Origin: Candidatus Pacearchaeota archaeon
Lineage (GTDB): Archaea; Nanobdellota; Nanobdellia; Pacearchaeales; GW2011-AR1
Reading direction: 5' to 3'
Assembly: GCA_016196285.1 (NCBI GenBank)
Contig: JACPXY010000044.1
Coordinates: forward strand, 1-51,733
DNA: 51,733 bases
Part shown: in pieces, positions 1 to 7,887 of the stretch
How the letters are laid out: each line of letters begins with the position of its first letter
How positions within the stretch are numbered: the first letter of the stretch is position 1
Program-made: the position numbers and the translations under genes
The notes under the pieces: generated by a model
Seen by the model: the letters and a program-made list of their open reading frames with translations, nothing else
The model's database searches: none
Told to the model about the DNA's origin: nothing

Positions 1-271
1 TTATATCCCAATTTAAATGCTCATTCGGCATCGTAGTTCTACCTATGACTATACTCCAAGGTTGTGCCTTCTTCAAATCCTCTAGTGCTTGAGGAGAGGT
101 ATGGGAAACATGAATAAGGTAGGCATCATAATTAGGTGGAAAATTAAACTTCTTTCTATCATAACAATAAGTTACCTCTAAATTTGGTTTTACCTCAATA
201 GATTGAATTGTTGGGACTATAACTTCTTCTGCAATTGTCTTATTGTCTAAAACAAAAATTCTCTTTATCAT
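1..271 (-). CDS. hypothetical protein, N-terminal part only (runs off the window start)
   Basis: The minus-strand frame is open from the ATG at 271..269 (MIKRIFVLDNKTIAEEVIVPTIQSIEV...) to the window edge. Its ATG overlaps the TGA of the upstream permease gene (ATGA), which suggests the same operon. No recognisable motif. Confidence 0.4.
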   Translation of the reverse strand, partial: MIKRIFVLDNKTIAEEVIVPTIQSIEVKPNLEVTYCYDRKKFNFPPNYDAYLIHVSHTSPQALEDLKKAQPWSIVIGRTTMPNEHLNWDI

Positions 272-1485
272 CGTCTTAGTGCCTCCACGGGACTTAACCT
301 TGAGGCCTGAATGGCCGGCAAGATGCCTGAAATTAATCCTATTATTAAAGAAAATGAAATTGCTGACAGAATGAGCGGGTATGAAATTTGAACTTGCAGA
401 GATAAGCCTGAAAGATAATTTGATGCTAAAGAAGATGCGCTGAAGGCGAGAAGAAGACCGATGATTGCTCCGATAATTCCTCCTGCTAATCCTAACAATG
501 CAGATTCTGTTATGAAGAGTGCGAGTATATCTTTTCTTCTTGCTCCTAGGGCTTTCATTGCTCCTATTTCCCTTGTTCTTTCCAAGACAGATGTGTACAT
601 TGTATTTGCAATTCCTATTCCCCCAATTAACAATGAAATTGCCGCTATTCCTGAAATTACTATATTGACAATGTTTAGGATAGTTGTAATTGCTGAAAGA
701 CTTTCTAAAGGAGTTTGAACAGCGAAGTCTTCTTCTCCTAAATCCTGCTTCCTGTCTTTTCTTAATTTGTTTTCAATTGCTTCTGCTGTTTCTTTAATTT
801 TTTCTGAATCCTGAACTTGCACTGCTATCAAGTCAATTTCATCCTCTATCTTTAGAATTTCCCTTAAATCCTGCTCTGGCATTATTATTACTGAATCAAT
901 GATGAAGCTTCCTGATTTTTCCAATATTCCTATGACTTCAAATGTTTCTTTCTGAATGAGAAGCTTGTTTCCTACTTCTAATTCTTTTCCAAATGTCTCT
1001 TCATCTGTGAATGCATTTCCTAAAATTACTTTCTTTCTGTCTGAAGAAGATAATAATTTTCCATCTAAAATCTCCGCATTCAATACATCATAGACTATAT
1101 CTGCTTCTTCGCTGTCTTCTGGCAATGAAGTTATAGTTTGGAATATTGACTTCTTGTTAAAATTGACTTCTGCAGTTCTTATATATCTTGGAATTGCAAA
1201 TTCTACTCCATTTACTGATTTTACTAAATCTAGGTCATGCTCCGTTAATTTTTTAACAGCTGTTGCTCCTGGAGGGCCGAATCCTGTTTCTGCGCTCTGC
1301 ACAACTAATTTGTCAGGGTCAAGAGAAGAAAATTGGCCTGTGATTGCTGACTCCAAGCCATTTCCTAAAGAGATAAGAGAGACAACTGCTGCAATGCCTA
1401 TAAAAATTCCTAACATAGTAAGATATGAACGTATTCCTCGCTTTCTTAGGTTTTTTAATGCGAGGAGGAAATAATCAAAGAACAT
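268..1485 (-). CDS. ABC transporter permease, MacB/FtsX family (N-terminal TM, periplasmic-type core domain, C-terminal FtsX 3-TM bundle)
   Basis: 405 aa. The N-terminus LALKNLRKRGIRSYLTMLGIFIGIAAVVSLISLG is the classic MacB/LolE start. The C-terminal REIGAMKALGARRKDILALFITESALLGLAGG is the FtsX-domain signature. Confidence 0.9.
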   Translation of the reverse strand: MFFDYFLLALKNLRKRGIRSYLTMLGIFIGIAAVVSLISLGNGLESAITGQFSSLDPDKLVVQSAETGFGPPGATAVKKLTEHDLDLVKSVNGVEFAIPRYIRTAEVNFNKKSIFQTITSLPEDSEEADIVYDVLNAEILDGKLLSSSDRKKVILGNAFTDEETFGKELEVGNKLLIQKETFEVIGILEKSGSFIIDSVIIMPEQDLREILKIEDEIDLIAVQVQDSEKIKETAEAIENKLRKDRKQDLGEEDFAVQTPLESLSAITTILNIVNIVISGIAAISLLIGGIGIANTMYTSVLERTREIGAMKALGARRKDILALFITESALLGLAGGIIGAIIGLLLAFSASSLASNYLSGLSLQVQISYPLILSAISFSLIIGLISGILPAIQASRLSPVEALRR

Positions 1486-2182
1486 TATCTATACCCCCTC
1501 TGTGCGGATTAAGGGTTTTCCATTTTGCAAATGATGGACATTCAGATGGGCTTGGAAGAGCTGCAATGCCTCTTTTTGCAACTATCTTGTCTCCTTCTTT
1601 ATACCATTCAGCTTCTTTTAACTCCTTAATATCTATTGATGGTAAAAAATGATATATAGAAACATCTGGAATAAATTCTTGAGCTAGAATATTTGGTTGT
1701 TCTCCTCTCCATAATGAATTAGAGAAATTTGTATCTTTAGTTGTAAATAATCTAGGGTTATGAGTATCTAAATGGTCTTCCAACCCAGAAAGATAACTAA
1801 TACTGGTGACCATTATTCCATATCCATCAATATCTCTTTTTTGTTCTAAAAAATCTTTTATCTTCCCAAAATCTCTTGCTTTTATTCTTTCATCCGCATC
1901 CAAAACCAATGCTCTTTTTGTCCTCACATGTGTAAGAGAACGATTTCTTGATTGAGCATATCCTTCAAAAGGGTGTTGAAAGACTTTAAGATTTGGAAAT
2001 CTTCTTCTTAAATCCATTAGAGTTTTGTAAGTTCCATCAACAGAACCGGTATCGAGAATGACTGCCTCTTTAACAAATGGAGCTGTTGATTCAACAAAGT
2101 CAACTATTCCTCCGGCAGGATTCATCATTTCATCCCTGACAATTGCACATAGACTTGTATCTGGAAGAACTATTGAGGGCAT
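1475..2182 (-). CDS. glycosyltransferase family 2 (short GT-A, SunS/WaaE-like subgroup)
   Basis: 235 aa. Contains AIVRDE...VILDTGSVDGT...YAQSRNRSL...LVLDADERI, i.e. the IVKNEE/DTGStD/ARN/DADE pattern of this GT2 subgroup. Its 3' end overlaps the permease start by 11 nt. Confidence 0.8.
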   Translation of the reverse strand: MPSIVLPDTSLCAIVRDEMMNPAGGIVDFVESTAPFVKEAVILDTGSVDGTYKTLMDLRRRFPNLKVFQHPFEGYAQSRNRSLTHVRTKRALVLDADERIKARDFGKIKDFLEQKRDIDGYGIMVTSISYLSGLEDHLDTHNPRLFTTKDTNFSNSLWRGEQPNILAQEFIPDVSIYHFLPSIDIKELKEAEWYKEGDKIVAKRGIAALPSPSECPSFAKWKTLNPHRGGIDNVL

Positions 2183-2186
2183 GATA

Positions 2187-2339
2187 TTAAGCTCCGTATG
2201 TTCTAGGACCTTGATAATTACTTGCTGGAGTAGTTTCTAAATGATAATTTGAACTTCCTTGAGAAGAACCTGTGTATGAATTGCTTGTATTTCCTGATAA
2301 TTCATCGCTAGAATGATTTCTTCCATCTAATTGGCACAT
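2187..2339 (-). CDS. unannotated small ORF, 50 aa hydrophilic Ser/Asn/Gly/Thr/Tyr-rich peptide
   Basis: My translation is MCQLDGRNHSSDELSGNTSNSYTGSSQGSSNYHLETTPASNYQGPRTYGA*. The ATG shares one base with the TAA of the upstream gene (TAATG), and the stop lies 4 nt before the ATG of the GT2 gene. It is the only open frame across this otherwise unexplained 156-nt gap in a tightly packed operon. It is below the ORF-track length cutoff. Confidence 0.4.
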   Translation of the reverse strand: MCQLDGRNHSSDELSGNTSNSYTGSSQGSSNYHLETTPASNYQGPRTYGA

Positions 2340-3205
2340 TATTTCATCTCCTGCACTTTTTGCATTGACCTTTTCAATCTTCTTCTCTTTGCAATTGCTC
2401 TGTAAATAAGCAAGATGACAATTATCAGGATTACAATTCCTATGTATAAAGGAACATTGCTTCTTTTTATCAATCCTAATTCCAATGCCTCTTCTTTTGT
2501 GTATACCTGCACTGGAAGAGTGATTTGCTTTGTTATTTTCTTATTGTTGAAGTCAGTGTATTCTACCTGTGCTATAAAATCTGAATCCTGCTTGTCAAAG
2601 ACTACATCGTAGCTTGCTGTTTCAAAATCGTCTGAATCAACACTTCCTATGTAGATATTTGATTCTGAAAGCAATGTGAAACCATCAGGAAAAACTTTTA
2701 CTGATACAAATCTTGCGTCTGAAAAGCCGGAGTTTACAACTTTAAAGTTTATTTTTCCCTGCTGTGCTAAAACTGGATTTTCTGTTTCAATTGAATATGA
2801 CAATTCTGGCTGTGCGAAGATTGTAACCCCTACAAATCCGGTTTTTGTTTTTTCAGTATTATTTGTGAAATATTTTATTGTGTATGGAATTTGATAATCT
2901 CCTGATTCTGCTGTGTTTGAAGCTTTTATTGTGAACCTGAATGTTTCTTCATCTCCTTCATCAAGTTCTTCAGTTGATTTTTCTGAAGCTCCTACAGGAA
3001 TGAAAGGCAAGCCTGCAGTGTTTATTGAAACTGAAATACCTTCATTAAGGTCAAAGTTAAATGTGTTTTCAACATCAAGAAAAATGTCTCCTTCACTGCC
3101 TGGCTTTATTGTGTCTGTGCTTGATGATGTTACTGATAGTGCAGAAGCTATGCTTATCAGAAAGATGAATGCCAATAGAGCTGATAATATTGATTTTGTT
3201 TTCAT
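2339..3205 (-). CDS. secreted, C-terminally membrane-anchored beta-rich protein (COG1361/CARDB-like S-layer-domain protein typical of archaeal MacB-type ABC loci)
   Basis: 288 aa. It has an N-terminal signal peptide (MKTKSILSALLAFIFLISIASA), a beta-strand-rich body, a C-terminal TM segment (VPLYIGIVILIIVILLIYRAI) and a basic tail (KRRRLKR). Confidence 0.7.
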   Translation of the reverse strand: MKTKSILSALLAFIFLISIASALSVTSSSTDTIKPGSEGDIFLDVENTFNFDLNEGISVSINTAGLPFIPVGASEKSTEELDEGDEETFRFTIKASNTAESGDYQIPYTIKYFTNNTEKTKTGFVGVTIFAQPELSYSIETENPVLAQQGKINFKVVNSGFSDARFVSVKVFPDGFTLLSESNIYIGSVDSDDFETASYDVVFDKQDSDFIAQVEYTDFNNKKITKQITLPVQVYTKEEALELGLIKRSNVPLYIGIVILIIVILLIYRAIAKRRRLKRSMQKVQEMK

Positions 3206-3275
3206 GTTAATTTCTTATTAAAGGAGTTTAAAAGCTTTATGTAATGTAACTTGAAAGGGAAGACAGATAATCTGG
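3073..3275. repeat. copy A of a ~200 bp duplicated segment (5' end plus promoter of the secreted-protein gene); copy B is at 6972..7171
   Basis: The copies are near-identical except for the signal-peptide hydrophobic core, where copy B is one codon shorter and diverged. The segment contains a minus-strand TATA (ttttaaac, 3226..3233) about 25 nt upstream of the ATG at 3205. Confidence 0.9.
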
Positions 3276-3284
3276 CTCTTATCT

Positions 3285-4370
3285 TTACAAATAACCTTGT
3301 TTAAGCAAAAGTTCTGCTGTAAGAATCGCTCCGCCCGCTGCTCCTCGAATAGTATTATGTGACAAACCAACAAATTTAATATCTAATACATCACATTTTC
3401 TTAATCTTCCAGCTGTAACAGCCATTCCATTTTCTGCATATATGTCTATTATTGGTTGGGGTCTATCAACTTCATCTCGATATATAATCGGGCATCTTGG
3501 AGCACTGGGCAGACTCATTTCTTGAGGCAATGAAACATACCTATTCCATATCTGCAAAATCTCCTCAATTGAGGGTTTTCTTTTATAAAACTCTAAATTT
3601 ACAATAGCGGTGTGTCCGTCCCTTACTGGAACGCGCGTGCATGTCGCAGAAATATCTAATCCTTGATAGTTTACTATCACTTTATTTTTAACTTGCCCTA
3701 GAATCTTTAAAGGTTCTTTTTCTGTTTTTTCATCTTCTCCTTGAATATAAGGTATTGTATTATTTGAAATTGCTAAGGAAGATATGCCTGGATAACCTGC
3801 TCCTGAAAGTGCCTGCTCAGTTGAAACAATTAATCTTCTTGGAAAATATCCTTCACTCATTAAGGCATGTATGGGAGCCATAAAACTTTGTATGGAACAA
3901 TTAGGCTTGACAACAATAAATCCTTTATCCAACCCATAATTTTTTCTTTGTACGGGAATTATATTTAAATGTGCAGGATTAATCTCTGGAATTATCATGG
4001 GGACATCCTCTGTAAATCTATGGGCTGAATTATTGGACACTACTGGAATTCCTGCTTGTGCATACCGCATCTCAAGTTCTTTTACCTCTTCTTTAGTTGG
4101 AAGCTCAACAGCAGAAAAGACAAAATCACATTTTTCTAATGCTTCCTTTAAATCATGCACGTTTCCTAAAACTAAGTCTTCAATGTTTTTAGGTATATCT
4201 CTTTGCATAATCCATCTTCCTTCCACTGCCTCTCTAAATCTTCTTCCTGCACTTTTTGGAGAAGCTGCAAGATATGTTAGTTCAAACCAATCGTGATTCT
4301 GCAATAATAATATACAATTCTGCCCCACTGCTCCTGTTGCTCCAAGTATTCCTGCTCGCAATTTTACCAT
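3285..4370 (-). CDS. asd: aspartate-semialdehyde dehydrogenase (archaeal type)
   Basis: 361 aa. It has an N-terminal GILGATGAVGQ Rossmann motif, the active-site context VKPNCSIQSF and a C-terminal GLSHNTIRGAAGGAILTAELL. Confidence 0.9.
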   Translation of the reverse strand: MVKLRAGILGATGAVGQNCILLLQNHDWFELTYLAASPKSAGRRFREAVEGRWIMQRDIPKNIEDLVLGNVHDLKEALEKCDFVFSAVELPTKEEVKELEMRYAQAGIPVVSNNSAHRFTEDVPMIIPEINPAHLNIIPVQRKNYGLDKGFIVVKPNCSIQSFMAPIHALMSEGYFPRRLIVSTEQALSGAGYPGISSLAISNNTIPYIQGEDEKTEKEPLKILGQVKNKVIVNYQGLDISATCTRVPVRDGHTAIVNLEFYKRKPSIEEILQIWNRYVSLPQEMSLPSAPRCPIIYRDEVDRPQPIIDIYAENGMAVTAGRLRKCDVLDIKFVGLSHNTIRGAAGGAILTAELLLKQGYL

Positions 4371-4476
4371 TAATCTGTCTTATCTTAAAGATTTATAACT
4401 CTTTCTTTTGCCTAATCTTTCTTCCTAGCAATTTCTTAATTATAACTTGGGCATAATTAACAATGAGTTGAGGCGG

Positions 4477-4500
4477 TAAAAATCCTTACGGAAAAGCGTA
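4477..4500. repeat. 24-bp box TAAAAATCCTTACGGAAAAGCGTA (copy 1), containing a short hairpin cttacg-gaaaag-cgtaag
   Basis: An identical 24-mer recurs at 7186..7209, in both cases upstream of a GGTTTAAATA promoter. A partial match (ggaaagcgtaa) occurs at about 9418. Confidence 0.85.
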
Positions 4501-4525
4501 AGCTTTGCATATTATACACAAGTGC

Positions 4526-4586
4526 TAAGTGTTACAAAAAATGTATCACTTTAATCTATAAGTGTTACAAAAAATGTATCACTTTA
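4526..4586. promoter_or_regulatory. two tandem 28-bp direct repeats (TAAGTGTTACAAAAAATGTATCACTTTA, 33-bp period), each an imperfect palindrome; putative double operator
   Basis: The copies lie at 4526..4553 and 4559..4586 and are identical. The arms AGTGTTACA / TGTATCACT are inverted with one mismatch around an A5 spacer. They end 6 nt before the BRE/TATA ggTTTAAATA (4593..4600). Confidence 0.7.
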
Positions 4587-4615
4587 GAAAGGTTTAAATA
4601 TGTGTTATTTCTTGA

Positions 4616-5896
4616 ATGAGTATGAGAAGAGAAGATATATCATTTGTGCTTTTTGCCCAACAGAAAGACTTTGAGGAAGAAAAGCCAATAATAAAAAGAC
4701 AGATTGTTGGGAAAGCATTAGATTTGATAAAACTTAATTTACCTTTAGTTATAACTGGGGTTAGAAGATGCGGAAAGTCATACCTTCTAAAAATAATAAA
4801 AGATGAACTCAAACTGAAAAATAAAGAATATCTTTACATTAACTTTAATGATGACAGACTTGCTAATTTTGAGATAGAAGACTTTCAAAAAATACTTGAT
4901 TTTGTGCATGAGCAGAGATATGACGAAAAGTGCTTCTTCTTTATAGATGAGATTCAGGAAGTGGAAAGATGGGAAAAGTGGATTGATAGAATAAAGGAGA
5001 ATCATAAAATAGTTATAACTGGCTCAAATTCAAAACTATTAAGCAGCGAGATTTCAACGATACTTACTGGAAGGTCTTTGAGTTTATGGCTTACTCCATT
5101 AAGCTTTAAAGAATTTCTTGATGCAAAGAAAATATTCCTTGAAGATTGGAAGATTGACTTAAAAAAGCAGGCAATAATAAGGTCTGCATTTTCAGAATAT
5201 CTGCAGGATGGCGGCTTTCCAAAAAGAGTGCTAACTGGAAAAAATATAATAATTAAAGAATTATATGAACAAATACTCTACAGAGATATAGCTGATAGAT
5301 TTGGAAAAGGACAAACTAAAGCGATAAAAGAAATTTCAGTTAATCTTCTCTCTAAACCTTCAAGTTTGGTGAGCATAAGGCAAATTTCTTCCCTAACAAA
5401 TATAAAAAATCTGGGAACAGTCAAATCTATTCTTGATGCCTTTGAAAATGCCTTCTTATTCTTCTTTGTAAATAAGTTTGACTTTTCAGTAAAAAAGCAG
5501 ATACAAAACCCAAGAAAAGTCTATTCAATTGATAATGGAATTCCTTCCCATCTTGGATTTAGGATGTCAGGCGACAAAGGAAAGCTACTGGAAAATCTGA
5601 CCGCAATAGAATTAAAGAGAAGGGAGAAGGATATATTTTATTATTCAGATAAAAATGAATGTGATTTTATAATAAGAGAACGCAATGAAATTGCTGAAGC
5701 AATTCAGGTATGCTATAACCTAACGGAAGAAAACAAACAAAGAGAGATAAATGGTCTATTGGGTGCAATGGAAAAATTTAAGTTGAGAACAGGCCTTATT
5801 CTTACGCAGGAGCAGGAAGAAGAGATAAAAATCAATGGCAAAATTATAGAAGTTATTCCTGTTTGGAAATGGCTTCTGCAAGGAGTCCAAAAATGA
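4616..5896 (+). CDS. AAA+ ATPase of the COG1373 / DUF4143 family
   Basis: 426 aa. It has a Walker A ([14 protein letters not shown]) and a Walker B-like FFFIDEIQ, and the C-terminal region is typical of DUF4143 proteins. The TATA position favours the ATG at 4622 (third codon) as the real start. Confidence 0.85.
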   Translation: MSMRREDISFVLFAQQKDFEEEKPIIKRQIVGKALDLIKLNLPLVITGVRRCGKSYLLKIIKDELKLKNKEYLYINFNDDRLANFEIEDFQKILDFVHEQRYDEKCFFFIDEIQEVERWEKWIDRIKENHKIVITGSNSKLLSSEISTILTGRSLSLWLTPLSFKEFLDAKKIFLEDWKIDLKKQAIIRSAFSEYLQDGGFPKRVLTGKNIIIKELYEQILYRDIADRFGKGQTKAIKEISVNLLSKPSSLVSIRQISSLTNIKNLGTVKSILDAFENAFLFFFVNKFDFSVKKQIQNPRKVYSIDNGIPSHLGFRMSGDKGKLLENLTAIELKRREKDIFYYSDKNECDFIIRERNEIAEAIQVCYNLTEENKQREINGLLGAMEKFKLRTGLILTQEQEEEIKINGKIIEVIPVWKWLLQGVQK

Positions 5897-6367
5897 AAAT
5901 TTTCATAATTTCTGATACTCACTTTCACCATAAGAATATTATTGCTTATTCTAATAGACCTTTCGCCTCGGTTGAAGAAATGGATACAGAAATGATAAGG
6001 AGGTGGAATAACAAAGTAGGGAAAGATATAGAGAACTGCGTAAGATAGATTACATTTTGTACGCAATTCTCTAATGGATAACTGCTAAAAACTATGTCAT
6101 ACAAACAACGCAGTTATCCATAAGTCAATAAGAAAAGCTGGTTTTTTACTTGCTGAAGGTACCCTGAAAATTGATAATATTATCTTTAGCCATCTCCCAT
6201 TGAAAAAGAAATCCATTCCAAAAGATTTTGTGAATGCTCATGGACATATTCATGAAAAAGAAAGCCATTCTGGGATTAATGTAAGTGTTGAGCGCACAAA
6301 TTATGAGCCAATATCATTAGATGAATTAAGAGAAAAAGTAAAACATTTTAATTCTCTTCACTCATAA
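5893..6367 (+). pseudogene. calcineurin-like metallophosphoesterase, disrupted (frameshift plus loss of central motifs)
   Basis: The N-terminal part [45 protein letters not shown] (DxH motif) stops at 6048. The C-terminal part continues in a different frame (6089..6367: ...IIFSHLPL...NAHGHIHEKESHSGINVSVERTNYEPISL, GHxH motif). The expected GD..D and GNHD/E motifs are missing, and about 70 nt carrying two hairpins sits in their place. The start overlaps the ATPase stop (ATGA). Confidence 0.7.
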
Positions 6368-6459
6368 CTCCAAGAAAGAATATTATTATCACATGGGGGC
6401 TGAACATTATTTATTAACATCTTTCTTGTTAATCTATGTAATCGGCTATTTTGAAAATA

Positions 6460-7101
6460 TTAACTCTTAACTTCTTTCCACTTATTGCCAATTCTTTTTG
6501 TAACTTTTTCCAGTTTTCCATCCTTTATATGGAAGATTGTTCTTGCATACTTTTCAGCTTTTTCTGAATCATGGGTTATAAGTATAATTGTCTTGCCCTG
6601 TTTGTTGAATTCTTCAAGAAACTGCATTACTTTTTCTCCGGTTTTTGTGTCTAAATTTCCTGTCGGCTCATCTGCTAGAATAATCTCTGGATTGTTTGCC
6701 AACGCTCTTGCTATTGCAACTCTCTGCTGCTGACCTCCTGAAAGTTGATTAGGATAGTGGTCTGCCCTGTCCTCTAATTCTACAAGTTTCAACAATCCCC
6801 ATGCTTTTTCCTCTCTTTCATCTTTCTCTATTCCTTGGAAGAGCATGGGAAGTGCAACATTTTCCAAGGCTGTAAGATTTGGAATTAGATTGAAGCTTTG
6901 GAAGATGAATCCTATTTTCTTTCCTCTTACTTGCGCTATTTCCGACTCTGTTAGATGAGAAATATCAATTCCATCAAGAAAAATGTCTCCTTCACTGCCT
7001 GGCTTTATTGTGTCTGTGCTTGATGATGTTACTGATAGTGCAGAAGCTAAGGTGATTAGAAGAATGAGAGATAGTAGTGATAAGATTATTTTTGTTTTCA
7101 T
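6460..7101 (-). pseudogene. chimeric ORF: signal peptide and first ~42 aa of the secreted CARDB-like protein fused to the C-terminal ~170 aa of a MacB-type ABC ATPase (no Walker A)
   Basis: 6460..6985 is colinear with 8695..9220 with no indels. It differs by 12 aa substitutions and several dozen nucleotide differences. 6972..7101 matches 3073..3205. The junction falls in a shared 12-nt string TCAAGAAAAATG (protein GDIFLD / GSIFLD). The product keeps the Q-loop, LSGGQ, Walker B and H-loop but lacks the P-loop. Confidence 0.8.
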
Positions 7102-7171
7102 GTTAATTTCTTATTTAAGGAGTTTAAAAGCTTTATGTAATGTAACTTGAAAGGGAAGACAGATAATCTGG
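6972..7171. repeat. copy B of the duplicated 5'-end/promoter segment (see 3073..3275)
   Basis: The sequence catgttaatttcttatt[a/t]aaggagtttaaaagctttatgtaatgtaacttgaaagggaagacagataatctgg is shared. Homology stops at 3275 / 7171. Confidence 0.9.
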
Positions 7172-7185
7172 GAATTATGGATTGA

Positions 7186-7209
7186 TAAAAATCCTTACGG
7201 AAAAGCGTA
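7186..7209. repeat. 24-bp box TAAAAATCCTTACGGAAAAGCGTA (copy 2)
   Basis: It is identical to 4477..4500 and lies 9 nt upstream of ggTTTAAATA (7219..7226). Confidence 0.85.
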
Positions 7210-7227
7210 GGGAAAAGGTTTAAATAT

Positions 7228-7249
7228 TACTATCACTATAATGATAGTA
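7228..7249. promoter_or_regulatory. perfect 8-6-8 palindrome TACTATCA-ctataa-TGATAGTA between TATA box and start codon; putative autorepression operator
   Basis: It sits exactly between the TATA box (7219..7226) and the ATG at 7249, so it covers the predicted transcription start of the wHTH gene. Confidence 0.6.
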
Positions 7250-7887
7250 TGAATATAGATGCCATTAATCCACATGTAATCCGGATATTGATAACTGCAA
7301 GGAAAGAAGACAGCATAAGCTCTATCTCAAAGAGGGCGGGATTGTCTTATGGATGGACTCATAAATGGATAAAAGAATTGATAAAAGAAGGCATTTTCAA
7401 GGAAAAATGGAAGGGGTTGACCTTACAGAAGAATAATAAGTTCTATAAAGAGATATTAAAATTTGTGAGGAATAATGCGAGCGAAACGGGTTTTTACTAC
7501 TATATATTGAACTTATTTGGAATTGAATACTGCTTGACGAAAACGGATGCGGTTTACTTATGGACAGACGGAAGGTACAATATAGCAAGATACAGAGATT
7601 TTTACCCCATATTTATTAAAGTGAAGAAAGATGATTATCCAGTTTTTTTATGGTATTGCAAAAATTTGAATTTAAGAATAAATGCGAAAAGGGGAATTTT
7701 CTACTCTCCAGAAATTGTTGAAAAGTTTGAGTCTGCCAAAAAAGGAGAATATTCCGTTGAACCTTTAGAGAATACAATTTATTTCATGAAGAAAAATATA
7801 TACAACTTTGAGCCTGCTTTGGAGATGATTTATGAGATGTATAAAAAAGGGATAAATGTGAAATACAAAGAGGTAAATAATTTATAA
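7249..7887 (+). CDS. winged-helix DNA-binding protein, AbiEi-like putative antitoxin/regulator
   Basis: 212 aa. The N-terminal segment ISSISKRAGLSYGWTHKWIKELIKEGIFKE looks like a wHTH. The stop overlaps the start of the downstream nucleotidyltransferase gene (TAATG). The family assignment is inferred from architecture, not from a search. Confidence 0.5.
   Translation: MNIDAINPHVIRILITARKEDSISSISKRAGLSYGWTHKWIKELIKEGIFKEKWKGLTLQKNNKFYKEILKFVRNNASETGFYYYILNLFGIEYCLTKTDAVYLWTDGRYNIARYRDFYPIFIKVKKDDYPVFLWYCKNLNLRINAKRGIFYSPEIVEKFESAKKGEYSVEPLENTIYFMKKNIYNFEPALEMIYEMYKKGINVKYKEVNNL

Noticed and set aside
4526-4586. Possible mini-CRISPR (28-bp direct repeats)
   Set aside because: There are only two copies, separated by 5 bp with no spacer-sized insert. 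They lie directly upstream of a TATA box, and no cas genes are present. They are better explained as tandem operators.
5863-5892. Upstream ATG ([10 protein letters not shown]...) as the start of the phosphoesterase ORF
   Set aside because: These codons lie inside the ATPase gene's 3' end. The homologous N-terminus [11 protein letters not shown] starts at 5893 with an ATGA overlap.
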